From: Mobula hypostoma
Lineage: Eukaryota
Assembly (NCBI RefSeq): GCF_963921235.1
Contig: NC_086108.1
Location: 58,096,001-58,160,000 of the forward strand
Length of the DNA stretch: 64,000 nucleotides
Direction: 5' to 3'
Part shown: one piece after another, positions 25,784-40,279 of the stretch
How positions within the stretch are numbered: the stretch's first letter is position 1
Layout: each line of letters begins with the position of its first letter
Program-made: the position numbers and the translations under genes
Notes under the pieces: generated by a model
What the model saw: the letters and a program-made list of their open reading frames with translations, nothing else
Told to the model about the DNA's origin: nothing
The model's database searches: none

Positions 25784-26099
25784 GTATGGTGTCGACTGAT
25801 GGAGAGCAAGAACATTCAGGGATGTTGCTTGAAGGATGATCTTGGTGGGACAAAATGAGAATGAGAGAATCATCTTGTTTGTATAGAGAATATGATCTTT
25901 GGGTTCCCAACTTTACACATTTCTCTTGAGGAAAAAAATTGCTGAAAAGATTGTAAAATTAATGTTATATCTTTTAGCATACAGCTGCATAGTCTAGGAT
26001 TTTTTAGCAAATGCTCTAAGATATGTGATAAATTAATTTACATTTTGTGTTGCTGCATCACGATTCTTACTACCTAGGGAGCACGATATGATATCAGAG

Positions 26100-28015
26100 T
26101 GAATAGAACATAGAACAATAGTGAGGAACAGAAACAGGCCCTTCAGCCCATAGTGTTGTACTGAATCAATTAAATTAGTAACCAAATTGCCAACTATTCA
26201 TGTGCCTATCTAAATATGTCTTAAAGTCCCTAATGCCATCTACCATCACCTCAGACAGCTCATTCCAGGCACCCACCACTCTATGTAAAAAAAACAAAAC
26301 TTTCACCTCGTATCTCCTTTGAATTTACCCCCTCTCACTTTAAATACCTGCCCTCTGGCATTAAACATTACAACCCTGGAAAAAAGATATTGACTGTTCA
26401 CTCACAATCTTATATACCTGTCTCTATCAGATCTCGCGTCAGCCTCCACCGCTCCAGAGAAAACAAATCAAGTATCTCCAACCTCTCGCTATAGCACATG
26501 CCCTCTAATCCAGGCAGCATCCTGGTAAACCTCTTCTGCGTTCACTGAAATGCCTTGACATCCTTCCGATAGTGGAGCGACCAGAACTGTCTGTAATACT
26601 CCAGCTGCGGCCTAATTAGAGTTTTATAAAGCTGCAACATAACTTCTTAACTTTTGAACTCAATGCCTTGATGGATAAAGGCATTTTAACCACCCTATCA
26701 ATCTATGTTAACACTCTGGGGATCTCAAGGTCCCTCTGCTCTACAACACTGTTAAAGGTCTTCCCCTTAAGAGTACACTGTCTCTTCACATTTAACCTAC
26801 CAACAGGCAACACTTCAAATTTGTCTGGGTAAACCCTATCTGGCATTTCTTCTGCCACATCTGCAACTGATCTATATGTCACTATATTCTTTGCCAATCT
26901 TCTACATTATCCACAGCATTACTAATCTTCATATCATGTGCAGAGTTACTAACCAACCCATTTACATTTTCATCCAGGTTATCTATATACATGACTAACA
27001 GCAGAGGTCCCAGTACAGATCCCTGCAGAACACTGCTAATCACAGAGCTCCAGCTAGATTAAGTACCTTCAACTACCACCATCTCTCTTCTGGGCAAACC
27101 AATTTTGAATGCAAACAACACATTCACCATCAATGCCATGCATTTAATCCATTGTATGAGCCTCCCATGAGGAAGCTTGTCAAATACCTTACCAAAGTAC
27201 ATGGAGACAACAACCATGGCTCTACCTTCATCAATCACCCTCATCACTGCATCAAAATATTCAATCAAGTTTGTAAAATGTGACCTGCCCTGCACAAAGC
27301 CATGCTGGCTACCCTCGGCCATCGTTTACCAAAGGCTCATAAATCTAATCCCAAAGAATTCTCTTGCTTTAAGAAGGTCCCAGATTATATTATGGAAGTT
27401 GAAGTCCCCCATAACAACCCTATTGTTTTTACATCTTTCTTTAATCATCTGTACATATCCCGGTGCCTTTTGGTGGAGTCTGTAGTGATTGCATCATTCC
27501 CATTTTTGAGTTCTACCCATATAGACTCAGTGGATGAGCCCTCCATTATGTCATCTCTGAGTGTGGCTCTAATATTGTCCCTGATAAGTTGTGCAACTCA
27601 ACCCCCCCCCCCCCCCGCTTTATATCCCTCTCTCTATATTTTCTGAAACATTGAAATCCTGGGACTTTAAGCATCCATTCCTGTACCTCTCTCAACCAGA
27701 ACTCTAATGGCCACAACATCATAGTTCCATGTACTGATCCATGCTCTAACTTCATCACCTTTATCCATAATACCCCTAGCGTTAAAATACACACACTTCA
27801 AACTATCCATCCCGTAATGTCTATTGCTATGTTTCTGCCTATTTTTACTAGCTCTGACATTTACCTTCTTCTCCTTCCCTTCACTTTCTGACTTGGTGCT
27901 CTGATTCCCATCCCCCTGCCAAAGTAGTTTAAACTTTCCGAGTATCATTAGTAAACCGCCTGGTCGGGGTATTGGTACCCCTCTAGTCTATGTGCAGCCC
28001 ATCCCTCTTGTACAG
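26100..28015 (-). mobile_element. CR1 LINE, decayed with large internal deletions
   Basis: (ATAGAAC)n tail at about 26103. Fragments SQHGFVQGRS, KVFDKLPHGRL, LKCVYFNARGI. Confidence 0.85.
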
Positions 28016-28699
28016 TTAATGGTGATCACAAATTCACTAAATTAGCTTGATAACCAGATTAATTTATACCATTTGTGAATAACACTGCAGATTCCATAAC
28101 AGTGCTGATATAGTGTTTGTAGGCCCTAACTAAGAGAATTATCACTTGTTTGCAGCACAAGGTTGGTGCCAGCACCTGTAGATTTAAAGGCTTAGAATTA
28201 GGGAGGTATTCAAATATTCAGTTGGTTCCCTACCTCAGATATTTTAATATATTGATACCCTGATTAAAATCTTAAGTGGGGTTAAATATACCACTAACCC
28301 TATCACAATATAATGAAGTAAATTTCTATTTTACAATAATGTGTGTTGTCCAAATTATGTGATCTAGAGCCATATTCCAATTCTAGTTGAAATCTAACAA
28401 TTGAGTTACGGCTTAAACATACTGTTGGAGGTGGTGGGGAATAATCGGTTGTTGAAACACTTGACTAAATAGATAATTAAAACCATATTAATGTTATAAA
28501 TAATTGGACATTCAATCTAATACTGATAACTCTGGCAATTAATGACAAAGACACTGGCCCTGGTATCATAGGTACATATTGAACATCAGTTGCACCAGTG
28601 TTGTGTGCTATTCACAGCCAATAAGGCTGAAAACTAATAAGAGGGCTCAAGTAACAAGAGACTTAATAAATCAGACAGAAATGGGAGAGCGAGTAGCGA

Positions 28700-31220
28700 A
28701 AGGGTGAATGAAAATCAAAGGAGCAGAAAATATAAGAAAATTATGCAGGGAGTAACATTTGATAAAAGTCAAAGTTTAAGATGTGTCATCAGAATGTATT
28801 CAGTGAACTCAATCCTCCAGGTTACTCAGTGTGCCAAAAGATTGGGCAAAATTGTAAAGGAGTTGGGGGTAGCATAAGTAATTGAGGAAGATATCTATAT
28901 GATGGTAGGTGGTGATATAGGTGCTATGGGTTATATTGTGGAATAGGTTTCAGTGGAAATAAAGAATAGCAGGGAGAAGGAAACAAAGGTGAGAGTGATC
29001 TGTAGACCCCAACTTTGTTGCCTCATGTTAAGTCAAAGCATAAAAGTAGAAATGTTGAAAGTTTATAAAAAGGGAAGTGTAATTATCAAAAGTCATTTTA
29101 ATTTACACATTGACAGAACTAATCAAACTGACAAGGACATTGAGGAAGGGGAATTTATGGGGTGCATAATGTTACTTAAAGCAAAACATTACAGAATTTG
29201 CCTGGGAACAGCTTATTTTATAATTAGTCATCTGTGAAGATGTAGGATTAATAAATGATCTTGAACTAGCAATTACAACATTTAGGATTCCAGATATAGT
29301 TTGAGGGTGAACACCCTAGCTCCAAAACCTGTGTCCTCAACTTAAATTAGAAAAATTACAAAGGGTTGCAGGAAGAGATGTCTAGAGTTGACTGGGAAAG
29401 TAGGCTAAAGAATAGGTCAGTAGAATAGTGGCAGGTATTTCAGCAGCCAATTCATAACAGTCAGCGGAAAATGACCTGAATTGGGACAAGGAACTCACTG
29501 AGAAGGTGAAGCATCTGTGGTTAACAAAAGGGGTCAAAGAAAATATTAGATCAAAGTACTAAAGCACACAATGTGGTAAAAGGGAGGTCCGCGATTTGTT
29601 CTGAAACCAACAACAGAGTACAGAAAGCTAATGAGGAGGGAGACAATTGATTGTTGCAGTAAACTGACAAGCAATATCAAAACAATAACAAGAGCTTCTA
29701 TTGATATAGAAGATAGAAGGCGGGAAAGGTAAATGTGAGGCCCTTGCAGATTTGGCTGTGGAATTAATGAGGGAAAACAATGCAATGATAGATATAACAA
29801 TACTTTGCATCACCCACAGGGGACTCTGCAAGTATTCCAAAGTATTATGCAAGATCTCCCTTCCTATCATGAAGAACAAAGTATTAAAAAAGCTAATGGG
29901 AGAAAATGTAGCCAAATTGCTTCAAATTCAGTGATTTTCCAAGGTAGACAAATCCCTGAATTCCAGGACCATGTCAATAGATTGGAAAATTGTGGATGTG
30001 GTGACAGCAGGAAACCTATAGTCTATTTATCTCAGTATTTTTGGAGAAGATATTGGAGTCTGCAATCAAGAAAAAAAACAGCCATTTATTTAAAAAAGAT
30101 TAATATAATCAAATGTGGTCAATATAGTTTTATGAAGTGGAGACTGTGTTTGACAAATTTGCTAGAGTTCTTAAAAGATAAAGCAGACAGACTTCATAGA
30201 GGGAAATCAGTACTGTTGAACATTTGGGTTTTAGAAGATATTTGGTAAAGTGCCACAGAATCAGAATGCGGTTTACTATCATTGACATGTGTCATAAAAT
30301 GTGTTGTTTTATGGCAATATTGTCAATAGTGTGTTAACAAGAATCGAAGACTGGTTATCAGAGAGAAGGTAGAGTCAGAATGAATGGGTCTTTCACAGAC
30401 TGGAAAAGTGTAACTGGTAGAATGTCCGAAGGATCAATCCTTGGCCTGAAATTAATTACTACCTATGTTGTTGATGAGAAGGGGATTTTTTGTGTCTCTG
30501 CTGTAAGATTTGTTTGCTGATGATGTGAAAATAGGTGAGAATGCATATTTCATTAGGGACATTTGCACTATGAAGCCGGTTAAGTAAATGAGTGAAAAGT
30601 ATGGAAAGAGGAATTTACTAAAGTGTGAGGTAATGCACTTCAGTAGGAGGAATGAAAAGCAAACTATTCTCTAAATAGAGAGAGATTGAAAATGAGTGGA
30701 GTATCAGAGGATCTAGGTGAAAAGGCAAATATATGAATGCTGGTCTTCATTGTTGGCAGTTCCTGTTTATAAACAGAGATCTAATTTTGTACAGCTGTTG
30801 TTAAAACCATATTTGGACAGTATCCAGTTCTAGTTCCCTTACTTCAGAAATAACATTAAAACCATTCTAGAAGACGTTCACTCAACTAATCCTTGGGATG
30901 CAAAGGTTGACTCAAATAGCTAAAAAGGTAATTTATAAGAATAAGGATGGTCATATGGAAATCTACGATATCCTAAAGGGGCAAGACAACATTGATTTTA
31001 AAATGTTTCCATTGGTATGGGTGTTTTAAGGAAGGAGGCATAGTTAAGATAAGGAGGTGCAGAGGAATTTCTTCTCAAGGATACTGATAAATCTCTGGAT
31101 TTTTTGTGAATACTGGAAATCCTTGAGGAGGTTAATATATTTTTGAAAGATTGGGATTTGAAGGGTTTGTTGAAACTTGCACAAAAGAGTAAGCTGGGGC
31201 AGATCAGCCACGGCCATATT
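28700..31220 (+). mobile_element. Old, highly decayed CR1 LINE
   Basis: Remnants HFNLHID, CLTNLLEFL, fADD-like tttgctgatgatgtg at about 30514, and 3' UTR agatcagcca at about 31201. Ends approximate. Confidence 0.7.
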
Positions 31221-31449
31221 GTGTTGGGCATGTGGCCAAGTGGTTAAGGCATTTGTCTAGTTACCTCAAGGTCGCTAGTTCGAGCCTCAGCTGTGGCAGC
31301 GTTTGTGCTCTTGAGCAAGGCACTTAATCACACATTGCTCTAGTCTATGTGAAGAGTGGCACCCCACACAGACTTCCAATCTGCACCTTGTAAGGCATGA
31401 AAATGCCCGACACAGGCCTCTCATGGTCTGAGTCGACGTTCCCTCCCTC
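31221..31449 (+). mobile_element. tRNA-derived SINE
   Basis: A box TGGCCAAGTGG, B box GTTCGAGCC, central cttgagcaaggcacttaa motif, (CCCT)n tail. TSD CCATATT at 31214-31220 and 31450-31456. Confidence 0.88.
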
Positions 31450-32216
31450 CCATATTAAATAATGGGCCATGTACAATTCCTAATTCCATTTCGCTACTGA
31501 TTTATGGAAAATAGAATTAACATTGTAACTGCTTAGTTATTGGGGCCACAATTACAGCTGGAAGGAATATCAATAAAACAAAATATTTGCATTCATCTGT
31601 AAATGACCTTTAGGGCCATTTATAAAACCTGTAGGATATCCTATGCAAAATATTAAACAAAAAAAGTACTTTACATTAAACAAGATTCCTTTTGTTAAAT
31701 GAGGATTGAATTAATACTAGTCTTTTGAATACAGTTATTTACCTTCTGGAATTTATTTTATTTCAACTTCCTCTCTTCTTTGAAAATATGGATTTTTGAG
31801 TTTTGCCAATAATGCATCAAAACCACATTTACGCATTTGTAAAGTCAACAGTGAAGAACAAGGAGATTGATTGTGGGGACAACGGTGAACACGTATTACT
31901 TCATACAGTCCTGAAATTTTCAATGGGGATTACAACACCGTGAAAGGTGTCCCTCTGCACAAAGTATTTTAAGTACCATTTTGGGAATAGTTAACCTAAC
32001 TTGACAAATCACAATGATTGAATTCTCTTCTAGACTGCTGGTTTACTTTCCAATCAAGCTTTCTGTTTAATTCCTACCTGGCTCTGTCATATTAAAAAAA
32101 TAGCATTCCTTAATAGTATCCCCAAAATGCAATTTGTAGACATAGCAATATAAAACACATATGATTTTATTAATTGTTTTTGATAATGATTTTTCAATGT
32201 TATATTGTACATTAAG

Positions 32217-32388
32217 AATCAACAGATGAATCAGAGGGTGACAGAATAAACAACAGTGGCTCCTCAGGTTCCTACTCAGATTATTCACCTTCCCAAGCAT
32301 CTTCAGGTTCTTCTGGAGCACCGATTAAAGTCAGCACATTGCAGACAGCAGTAAAAGATGGTGTAGCTGCAGCTTCTTGGGGAAACAG
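32217..32388 (+). CDS. LRRC7: LRRC7 exon (172 nt, phase 1 to 2)
   Basis: acattaag|AA TCA...AAC AG|gtgtgt. Translates (E)[56 protein letters not shown](R). Confidence 0.92.
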
Positions 32389-33019
32389 GTGTGTGAATTC
32401 ATGGAAATTATTAATTACCTTTTTAATCTTTGCATATTCTATTTGTGTAAAATAATTTGTATGTTTTTCCTTTTTTTCCCACCCTTCTTTATGTAATAAA
32501 AGAACTTCGGGACTGTATTTTCTATGCATGAGTGAAATTAGAGTGACATAAGAAAATGTTGTGGAATCATGCAGTGGCACAAATGGAGAGTATTTGGCTC
32601 TTTAATTTCACAGCAGATACGGTGTTCACCATGGTCCACTGCTTTTTGCCGCATTGCTGTAATTATTTCCCTTCAAGTATTTATCAGCTTAGATGGATAC
32701 CATTGAATCTTTCTTTCCTAACAACTATCCTTATAAAGTAGTGAATTTCAAATCCTGACTGCGAGTAGTATAAAACTTTGTTTCCGGTTACACCTTTAAT
32801 TCATTTACCAATTTGTTTACATCTGTTCCTTTGAATTCTCAACTCCTCACTCATTAGAAACATTTCTTCTTTATTTACTCCATCCAAACTTATGGAGTTA
32901 ACCACATCTGTCAAATTTTCCCAGCTTCCTCAAAAGACAACAAATCCACTAGCTCCGGTCACTGCAGTCTTGTGCCTGGAAATATTCTATTTAACTTTGC
33001 TGGTCAATTTCATCAACTC

Positions 33020-34345
33020 TTTCAGCAGAATTTGGAGGACTGCATCGATGTTGTTCCATGCACCCATGCTGTGTTTGTAAATTTCATCAACTTTGCCTCC
33101 AACTTTCACCTTGCCCTTAAATTGACATGGTCCATTTCTGACATCTCTCTCCCCTGTCTTGATTTCTCTAGCCTCATTTCTAGAGACAAACTGTCTACTG
33201 ACATCTCTTATAAACCTACCAATTCCCACAGATATCTTGACTATACCTCTTCCCACCATGCGTCCTGCAAAATGCGCTGTTATTCTTTTTCTCAGTTCCT
33301 TAGCCTCCACCACATCTATTCCCAGGATGAAGCATTCTTTTCAAGGACATTAGAGATGTCCTCCTCCTTCAAAGAGTAGGGTTTCCCTTCCTCCACCATT
33401 GATTCTGGCTTCACCCATATCTTCTCCATTTCTTGGACATCTGTGCTCATCCCATCTTCCCACCGCATTAACAGGGATAGAGTTCCTCTTGCCCTCACCT
33501 ACCGACCCATGAGCCTCTGTATCCAACACATCATTCTCTGCAACTGCCTCCACCTTCAGTGGGATCCTACAACCAAACACATCTTGACCTCCACTTGTTG
33601 CTTTCCACTGGAATCGCTCCCTCCATGATTCTCCTGTCCACTTGTCCCTCCCCGTAATATCCCACCTGGCACATATACCTGTAAGTGAGAGAAATGCTAC
33701 ACCTGCCCATTTACTTCCTCCCTCACCTCCATTCAGGAAGCCAAACAGTCCTTCCAAGTGAGGCAACACTTCACCTGCGAATCTTTTGGGGGCTGTATAT
33801 TGTATCTGGTGCTCACATTACAGCCTCCTTCACATTGCTGAGACCTAAATTGGGGGACCGCTTTGTTGAGCACCTCTGCTCCATCTGCTGAAAGCATAAT
33901 TCCCCGGAGAACAACCATTTTAATTCCTATCCGCATTCCCATTCCGACATGTCAGTCCATGGCCTTCTCCTTTACCACGATGAGCCCACTCTTAGGGTGA
34001 AGGGCAATATCTCATATTCTGCCTAGATAGCCTCCAACCTGATGGCATTAACATCAATTTCTCCTTCTGGTAATGTTTTCCCTCCCCCTTTCCTCTTATT
34101 CTATTCCCTCTGTCCTCTTACCTTTTCTCCTTATTTGCCTCTCGCCTCCCCCTGTTGCTGTTCCTTCTTCCCTTTCTCCCATGGTCCACTCTCCTCTCCT
34201 GCCTTCTTCTCATTCCTTTATCTTTCCCACCTACCTGGCTTCACCTATTACCTACTGGCTGGTCCTCCTCCCACTTCCCCCTTCCTTCCTAGTCCTGAGA
34301 AGGGTCTCGGCCCAAAACATGTACTGTTTAATCATTTCCACAGAT
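33020..34345 (+). mobile_element. Penelope-like element (RT C-terminus, GIY-YIG endonuclease remnant, pLTR); tail resumes at 36583-36623
   Basis: FINFASNFH.ALK.TWSIS..SLP.LD...STDISYKPTNSHRYLDYTSSH; KCYTCP..FQVRQHFTCES; pyrimidine-rich terminus. Confidence 0.85.
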
Positions 34346-36582
34346 AGATAGAACATAGAACAGTACAGCACAGAAGCAAGCCCTTTGGCCCACAGTATAG
34401 TGCTGAACCAGCTAAAAGGCAAATCAAAAGCCCATGAACTCTAATCCCTCCTACCTTCACAATGTCCATATCCCTCCATCTTCCTCACATACATCTAAAT
34501 GTCTTTTAAAAGGCTCTAATGTATTTGCTTCTGCCACCATACCAGGAAGTGCATTCCAGGCATCAACACACTCTGAGTAAGAAAACTTACTTCTCACATT
34601 CCCTTTGAACCTACCCCCTCAAACCTTCAATGCATGCCCTCTGGTATTAGACATTTCAACCCTGGGAAACATACTTCCTGTCTACTCTATCTACGCTTTT
34701 CTTAATCTTATAAACCTCCATCAGATCTCCTCTCAGCCTCCACCACTCCAGAGAAACCACCAAATTTTTATCCAGCCTCTCATGGTAGCATATGCCTTCT
34801 AAACCAGGCAGTATCCTGCTAAACCTCTTCTGCACCCTCTCCAAAGCGTCAACATCCTTTTGTGGGGTGACGAGAACTGTATGCAATACTCCAGATGTGG
34901 CCTAACCAATTTTATAAAGTTTCAACAGAACCTCTTTACTTTTGAACTCGATACCTCAACTAATAAAAGCAAGCATTCCATAAGCCTTCTTAATCACCTT
35001 GTCCACCTGTGTAGCCACTTTCAAGGAACTGTGAACTTGGATCCCAAGATCTCTCTGCTCAGCAACACTGTTAAGGATCTTGTCCCTAACAGTGTACTTG
35101 CATTTGCCCTACCAAGGTGCAACACCTCACATTTATCTGGGTTAAACTCCACCTGCCATTTCTCTGCCCATATCTACAACTGATCTATATCATGCTGTTT
35201 TCTTTGCCAGTCTTCTACACTATCCACAACTCTATGAATGTTGGTATCATCTGCAAATTTACTAACCCACCCACCTACATTTTCAACAGCAGGCTGCGGA
35301 ACACCACTTATTACAGACCTTCAGCTAGAATAAGTCCCTTCAACCACTACCTTCAATGGACAAACCAATTCTAAATCCCAACATCCGATTTGCTGCAGAC
35401 CCCATGGATCTTAATCTTCTGGATTAGGGTCCTATAAGGGACTTTGTCAAACACCTTACTAAAATCCATGTGGACGACATTCACTGCCCTACCCTCATAA
35501 ATCTGTCTCGTCATTTGTCAAAAAATTCAGTCGTTGGTAAGATATGACCTCCATTCTGGCTCTCCCTAAGTAGGCCATGGGCTTCCAAATGCTAATAGAT
35601 CCTATCCCTAAGAATTTTTTCCGGCAATTTCCCTACAACTAGCGTGAGACTCACCGGTCTATAGTTCCTAGGATTTCCCCTTGTTCCCTTCTTAAATAAA
35701 GGTACAAAATTAGCCGCTTGTCATTCCTCGAGGACCTCACCTGTGCCAAGAGAGGCTTGAGAAATCTCATCTCTTGCCCCCATCAATAACCTGGGGTAAA
35801 TCCCATCAGGCCCTAGGGATTTATCCACCTTAATACTCATTAGGAGGCCCAACAATTCCTCCTCCTTAGAGTGATCTCTAAACGCTCTAAAATATTTATA
35901 CACTCAGCACTGATCTCTTGATCCTCCATATCCTTTTCCTTGGTAAATACTGAAACAAAATACTCAGTAAGTACCTCACTCACATATTCCACATCCAAGC
36001 AAATGTTTCCCCTTTTAATCCTTCAGTAGTACTACCTTTTCCCTAGTTATCCTCTTGCTCTTGACGTACAAACGTACAGATAGAATACCTTGGAATTCAC
36101 GTTAATCCTACTTGCCAATGACTTTCATGGCTCCTCCTGGCTTTTTTAATTCCCTTCTTTAGTTCTTTTCTAGCTTCTTTATACTCCTCATGTACTTCAT
36201 TTGATCCTAATTTCCAAAGCTTTACATACTTTTCTTTGTTCTTCTTGATTAAATTCATCGCCTCTCTGGATGACCAAGGTTCTCTCATCTTTCCATCCTT
36301 GTCCTTTCTTCTAACAGGAAAATACCTTTCCCGGACTCTATGCAATTGACCTTTAAACACCCTTCACTTGTCTGATGTGGATTTGCCAGAGAAAAGGTGT
36401 TCCCAATTAACTCTTCTTAGATCCTGCTTAATGCCCTCGTAATTTCCCCTACCCTGATTTAAAGCTCTCCTGGAAGAACCATACCTATTCTTATCTTTAG
36501 CTATCCTGAAAGTTAAGAAGTTGTGGTCACTGTTCCCTAACTGCTCACCCAGTGAAAGGTCAGTTGCCTGGCCAGGCTCATT
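34346..36582 (-). mobile_element. CR1 LINE (decayed) inserted into the Penelope terminus
   Basis: (ATAGAAC)n tail at about 34349. LERVQKRFSRILPGL, KSLGPDGIYPRLL, LGNSDHN. Confidence 0.88.
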
Positions 36583-36969
36583 ACCTGATCTGTTCAGTTC
36601 CTCCAGCATTTTGTGTGTTGCTCAATGTTCTATTCAGTCTTTTCCAAGATAAAAACAGAAAATATTCAAAATATTTAGATCAGGTAGCATCAGTAGATAG
36701 AGAGGCAGAATAAAGTTTCAAGACAAACTCTTCATTAGAACTGGGAAAAAAAAGCGAAAACAAGTTAGTTTTATGCTTCATAGAAGATAAAGGAACAATT
36801 ACTTAGACGAGAATATCTCTGATGGGTAAGATGACAGATTGGTACCCATTTTTGACAAGAATGTAACATTTGCAGTCTTCCAGCCTTTTGTTATTACCAC
36901 CTGCTAATTGCTAGAGAGATAGATGAGCATTACTATTATATGGATGGTGTGGTGCTTCCCTGGTGCCAT

Positions 36970-39090
36970 GATCAAAAATATAATTAACTGGCTGCAGAAC
37001 CTTGCGAAGAGGGAGAATGAATGACCAGAGGTTTTATCCTTGGATAGAAAGAGGAATGGGGGACTGGTACTGTGTAATACGACAGGATTAATCAATGATC
37101 TTGCAGCAAAGATACCCCAGAAAAAGAGTGATCATAGTATGATATAGTTTCAAACCATTTGAAACCGTTGTCCCAAACTAAAATAAAACAATAATAACAG
37201 AATAAAGATAGAGTTGGCTAAAGTTGGAAAATGTGTTAAAGTGTAAAATGGTAGATGAGCAGTGGAGGATATTTTTAAAAAGTTATTTTGTAAATCTCAG
37301 CAAATATATATTGCAGAGAAAAATGACCTTACAAGAATGCTTTTTAAGGATGTTAAAGATTATAGGAAATTGAAAGAAAGGGATATAAATTTGCAAAGAT
37401 AAGTGATTGACCAGAGAAAATGGAAATTCTTAGAAAGCACCAATGACTGACTAAGCAAAATTATACCCTCTGTGGCCACTTTATTAGGTACACCTGTACA
37501 TCTATTTGTTAATGTAAATAGTTAATCAGTTAATTATGTGGCAGCAACTCCGCATAAAGGCATGCAGGCATAGTCAGGAGGTCCAGTTGTTGTTCAGACC
37601 AAGTGTATGAATGGGGAAGAAATATGATCTAAGTGACTTAGACAGTGGAATGATTGTTGGTGCCAGATGGGGTGGTTTGAGTATCTCACAAACCACCGAT
37701 CTCCCTGGATTTTCATACACAATGGTCTCCAGTTTTCAGAGGATGGTGCAAAAACCAAAAAGCATCCAGTGAATGGCAGTTCCATTGGTAAAAACTCCTT
37801 ATTAAGGAGAGGAGTCAGAGGTGAATGGCTAGACTGGGTCAAGCTGATGGGAAGGCGACAGTAGCTCGAATAGTAGTGTGCAGAAGAGCATCTCTGAGCT
37901 CACAACATGATGACCCTTGAAGTGGATGGTCTGCTGCAGCAGAAGACCATGAACATACACTCAGTGGGAACCTCCTGTACCTAATAAAAAGAGAAGACGG
38001 GGAGAGAACATAAACAGTGGTCCGTTGGACGATGAGAATGAAACTGGAAAATTAATAACATGATTTAGAGAAACGCTAGAGATTTAAAATCTTTTGTAAT
38101 ACTTGGAACACTAAAAGCACACAAATAAGTAATCAAGAAGCTATAAGGAGGGAAGAATTTACAATAGTCTTTTGCTGGGAAAGTATTAAGCAAACTAATA
38201 TTGCTAAAGGTCGACAAGTCCCAGAGACCTGGTGGCTTGTATCCTTAGGTCTTAAAGAAAAGGCTGCAGTGATAGAATATTCATTTGTGAATTTACTAGG
38301 ATTCTGGAGAATTCCCAGAGGATTGGAAAACTACAAATGCTATTCAAGAAAGAGAGACAGGAAACAGGAAACTGTAGGCCAGTTAGCTAACACCTGCCTT
38401 TGTGAAAACGTTAGAATCGATAATTATGAATGTAATAGGAATATGTTTGGAAAACCTTGAAACAATCAAACAGAGTCAACATGGTTTAATTGAAAGGGAT
38501 ATCATTTTTATTAAATTTACCAGAGTTAAATTTGCTGAAAGTGGCTGCACAAGAAGACTGGGTAATGAAGAAGGCAATAGCATGCTGGCCTTCAACTATG
38601 AGGGCATTGAATTTAGGAGTAGGGACATTACATTGTAGTTGTATAAGTCATTGGTGAGGTTGCACTTGGAATATTGTGTACAGTTTTGGTCACCCTTTTA
38701 CAGGAAAGACATTGACAAACTGGAGAAGGTGCAGAAGTGATTTATAAGGATGATGCCTGGATTAGAGGACCAGAGTTGTAGGGAGAGTTTGGTCACACTT
38801 GATCTTTATGCCTTGCAGCGTAGGTGGATGAGGAGTGATCTCACAGTAGTGTATAAAATCAAGGGGGATACGGATAAGGTGCGTAGTCATAGTTTTTTCC
38901 CATGGTCTGGGGAGTCTAAAACTAGCGGACACTGATATAAGATAAAAGGGGAGATATTTAAAAGAGATCAGAGAGGTAACTTTGGTACACAGAGGATAGT
39001 GAGTACCTGGACTGAGGTGCTAGAGGAAGCGGTTGAGGTGGGTACAACTGCAACAATTAAGAGACATTTGGATAAGTATATGGAAGGCAC
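36970..39090 (+). mobile_element. Old CR1 fragments
   Basis: Remnants [25 protein letters not shown] (about 38660), RRWMRSDL. Boundaries approximate. Confidence 0.65.
37466..37988 (+). mobile_element. Non-autonomous Tc1-like element
   Basis: Left end ctctgtggccactttattaggtacac and partial inverted copy tgtacctaataaa at 37976-37988. Transposase N-terminal HTH remnant MGKKYDLSDLDSGMIVGARWGGLSISQT at about 37610. Confidence 0.75.
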
Positions 39091-40279
39091 TATGACTCGT
39101 ACAGCATGGAAAGAGTCCCCTTGGCTCGTCACCTCCTCGCGGACTATCAAGCAGCCTTTGAGGCTAACAGAGGGAAACAGTAAATTTAGATTTCCTGAAA
39201 GCTCCATATGGAAGATTACATCCTGAAATCAGTGTATTGAAAGTTGGTGTAATATCTTAACATGGCTAACAGACAGAAAATAGAGAGAAAAGATTAAATT
39301 GGTCATTTTTTGGATTAACAATCCGAAACTAAACAAATCCCAAAGGGGTCAGTGATGAGCCTGCATTATTTATAATTTCTATTAAAGACATTAATATGTC
39401 TCTATATATTGACCATTTGCTCTGAGTTGGGACTTCGTATATTTATTTGTTTCATCATCAGTTGCAAATGTAGACAAGATAAAAGGAAGTTATCTTAAAT
39501 TGATATGTTATAAGATGCTGAAATTCATGGGAAGTATAATTAAACCATTGAGCAAATACTAAAAGCTTGATGCTTTTCATAATGGATGATGAAGTACTAA
39601 AACAACATGGCAAAATGATGTCCCTAAGCACATATTCTATTAACTGAGCAGCCTTGTAACTCAGTTCAGTGGTGGGTTGAAGTATGGGAGCTGAAGTATA
39701 TTCTCAACTATCATTATGGGAAGTCCACATTCCAGATTAAGAAGCACAGGATTGACTTGAAAGCTGGGCAAATTGGTAAATTATTTTTTAATTTGAATTT
39801 TGACAAATTACAAAATATATTTTATGGCCATTATAAGTTAAAATATATAAAACTTTCTTAAAGGATTTCTACTTAAGAGGCAGATGATTAATCTTCTGCA
39901 ATACAAAGGCCTGGCTCTGGCCTTTTAATCTTTGAGTTAAAAATAAACAAAATTAATGGATTCAAATCTCTCTCCATTCTTTGTAAAGGTGCTTCATAAA
40001 GTGTGTCTTGCATAGTTCCATTCATTGGCCCCACATCGTAAAAGTTCAGTTTTGACTTTTGCTCAGATAATTTTAAATAGCAATTAGCTCCATTGATTTA
40101 TGCTTACCATTTTGAGGGAATATGTTGGACTTTCACTTGGCATCTGTGCAGATACACAGGTTAGTAGTATTTTATACTATTGTGCAGCATGGCTGCATGC
40201 AGTCTTCCATAAAACACTGGTTAGGATTGTAACATTGAATAATTGAGAATGTAAGATTATTTGAAATCAAGGTTTCAGT

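Noticed and set aside
31225..31300. tRNA gene
   Set aside because: A/B boxes are present but it is the head of a TSD-flanked SINE, without a convincing acceptor stem.
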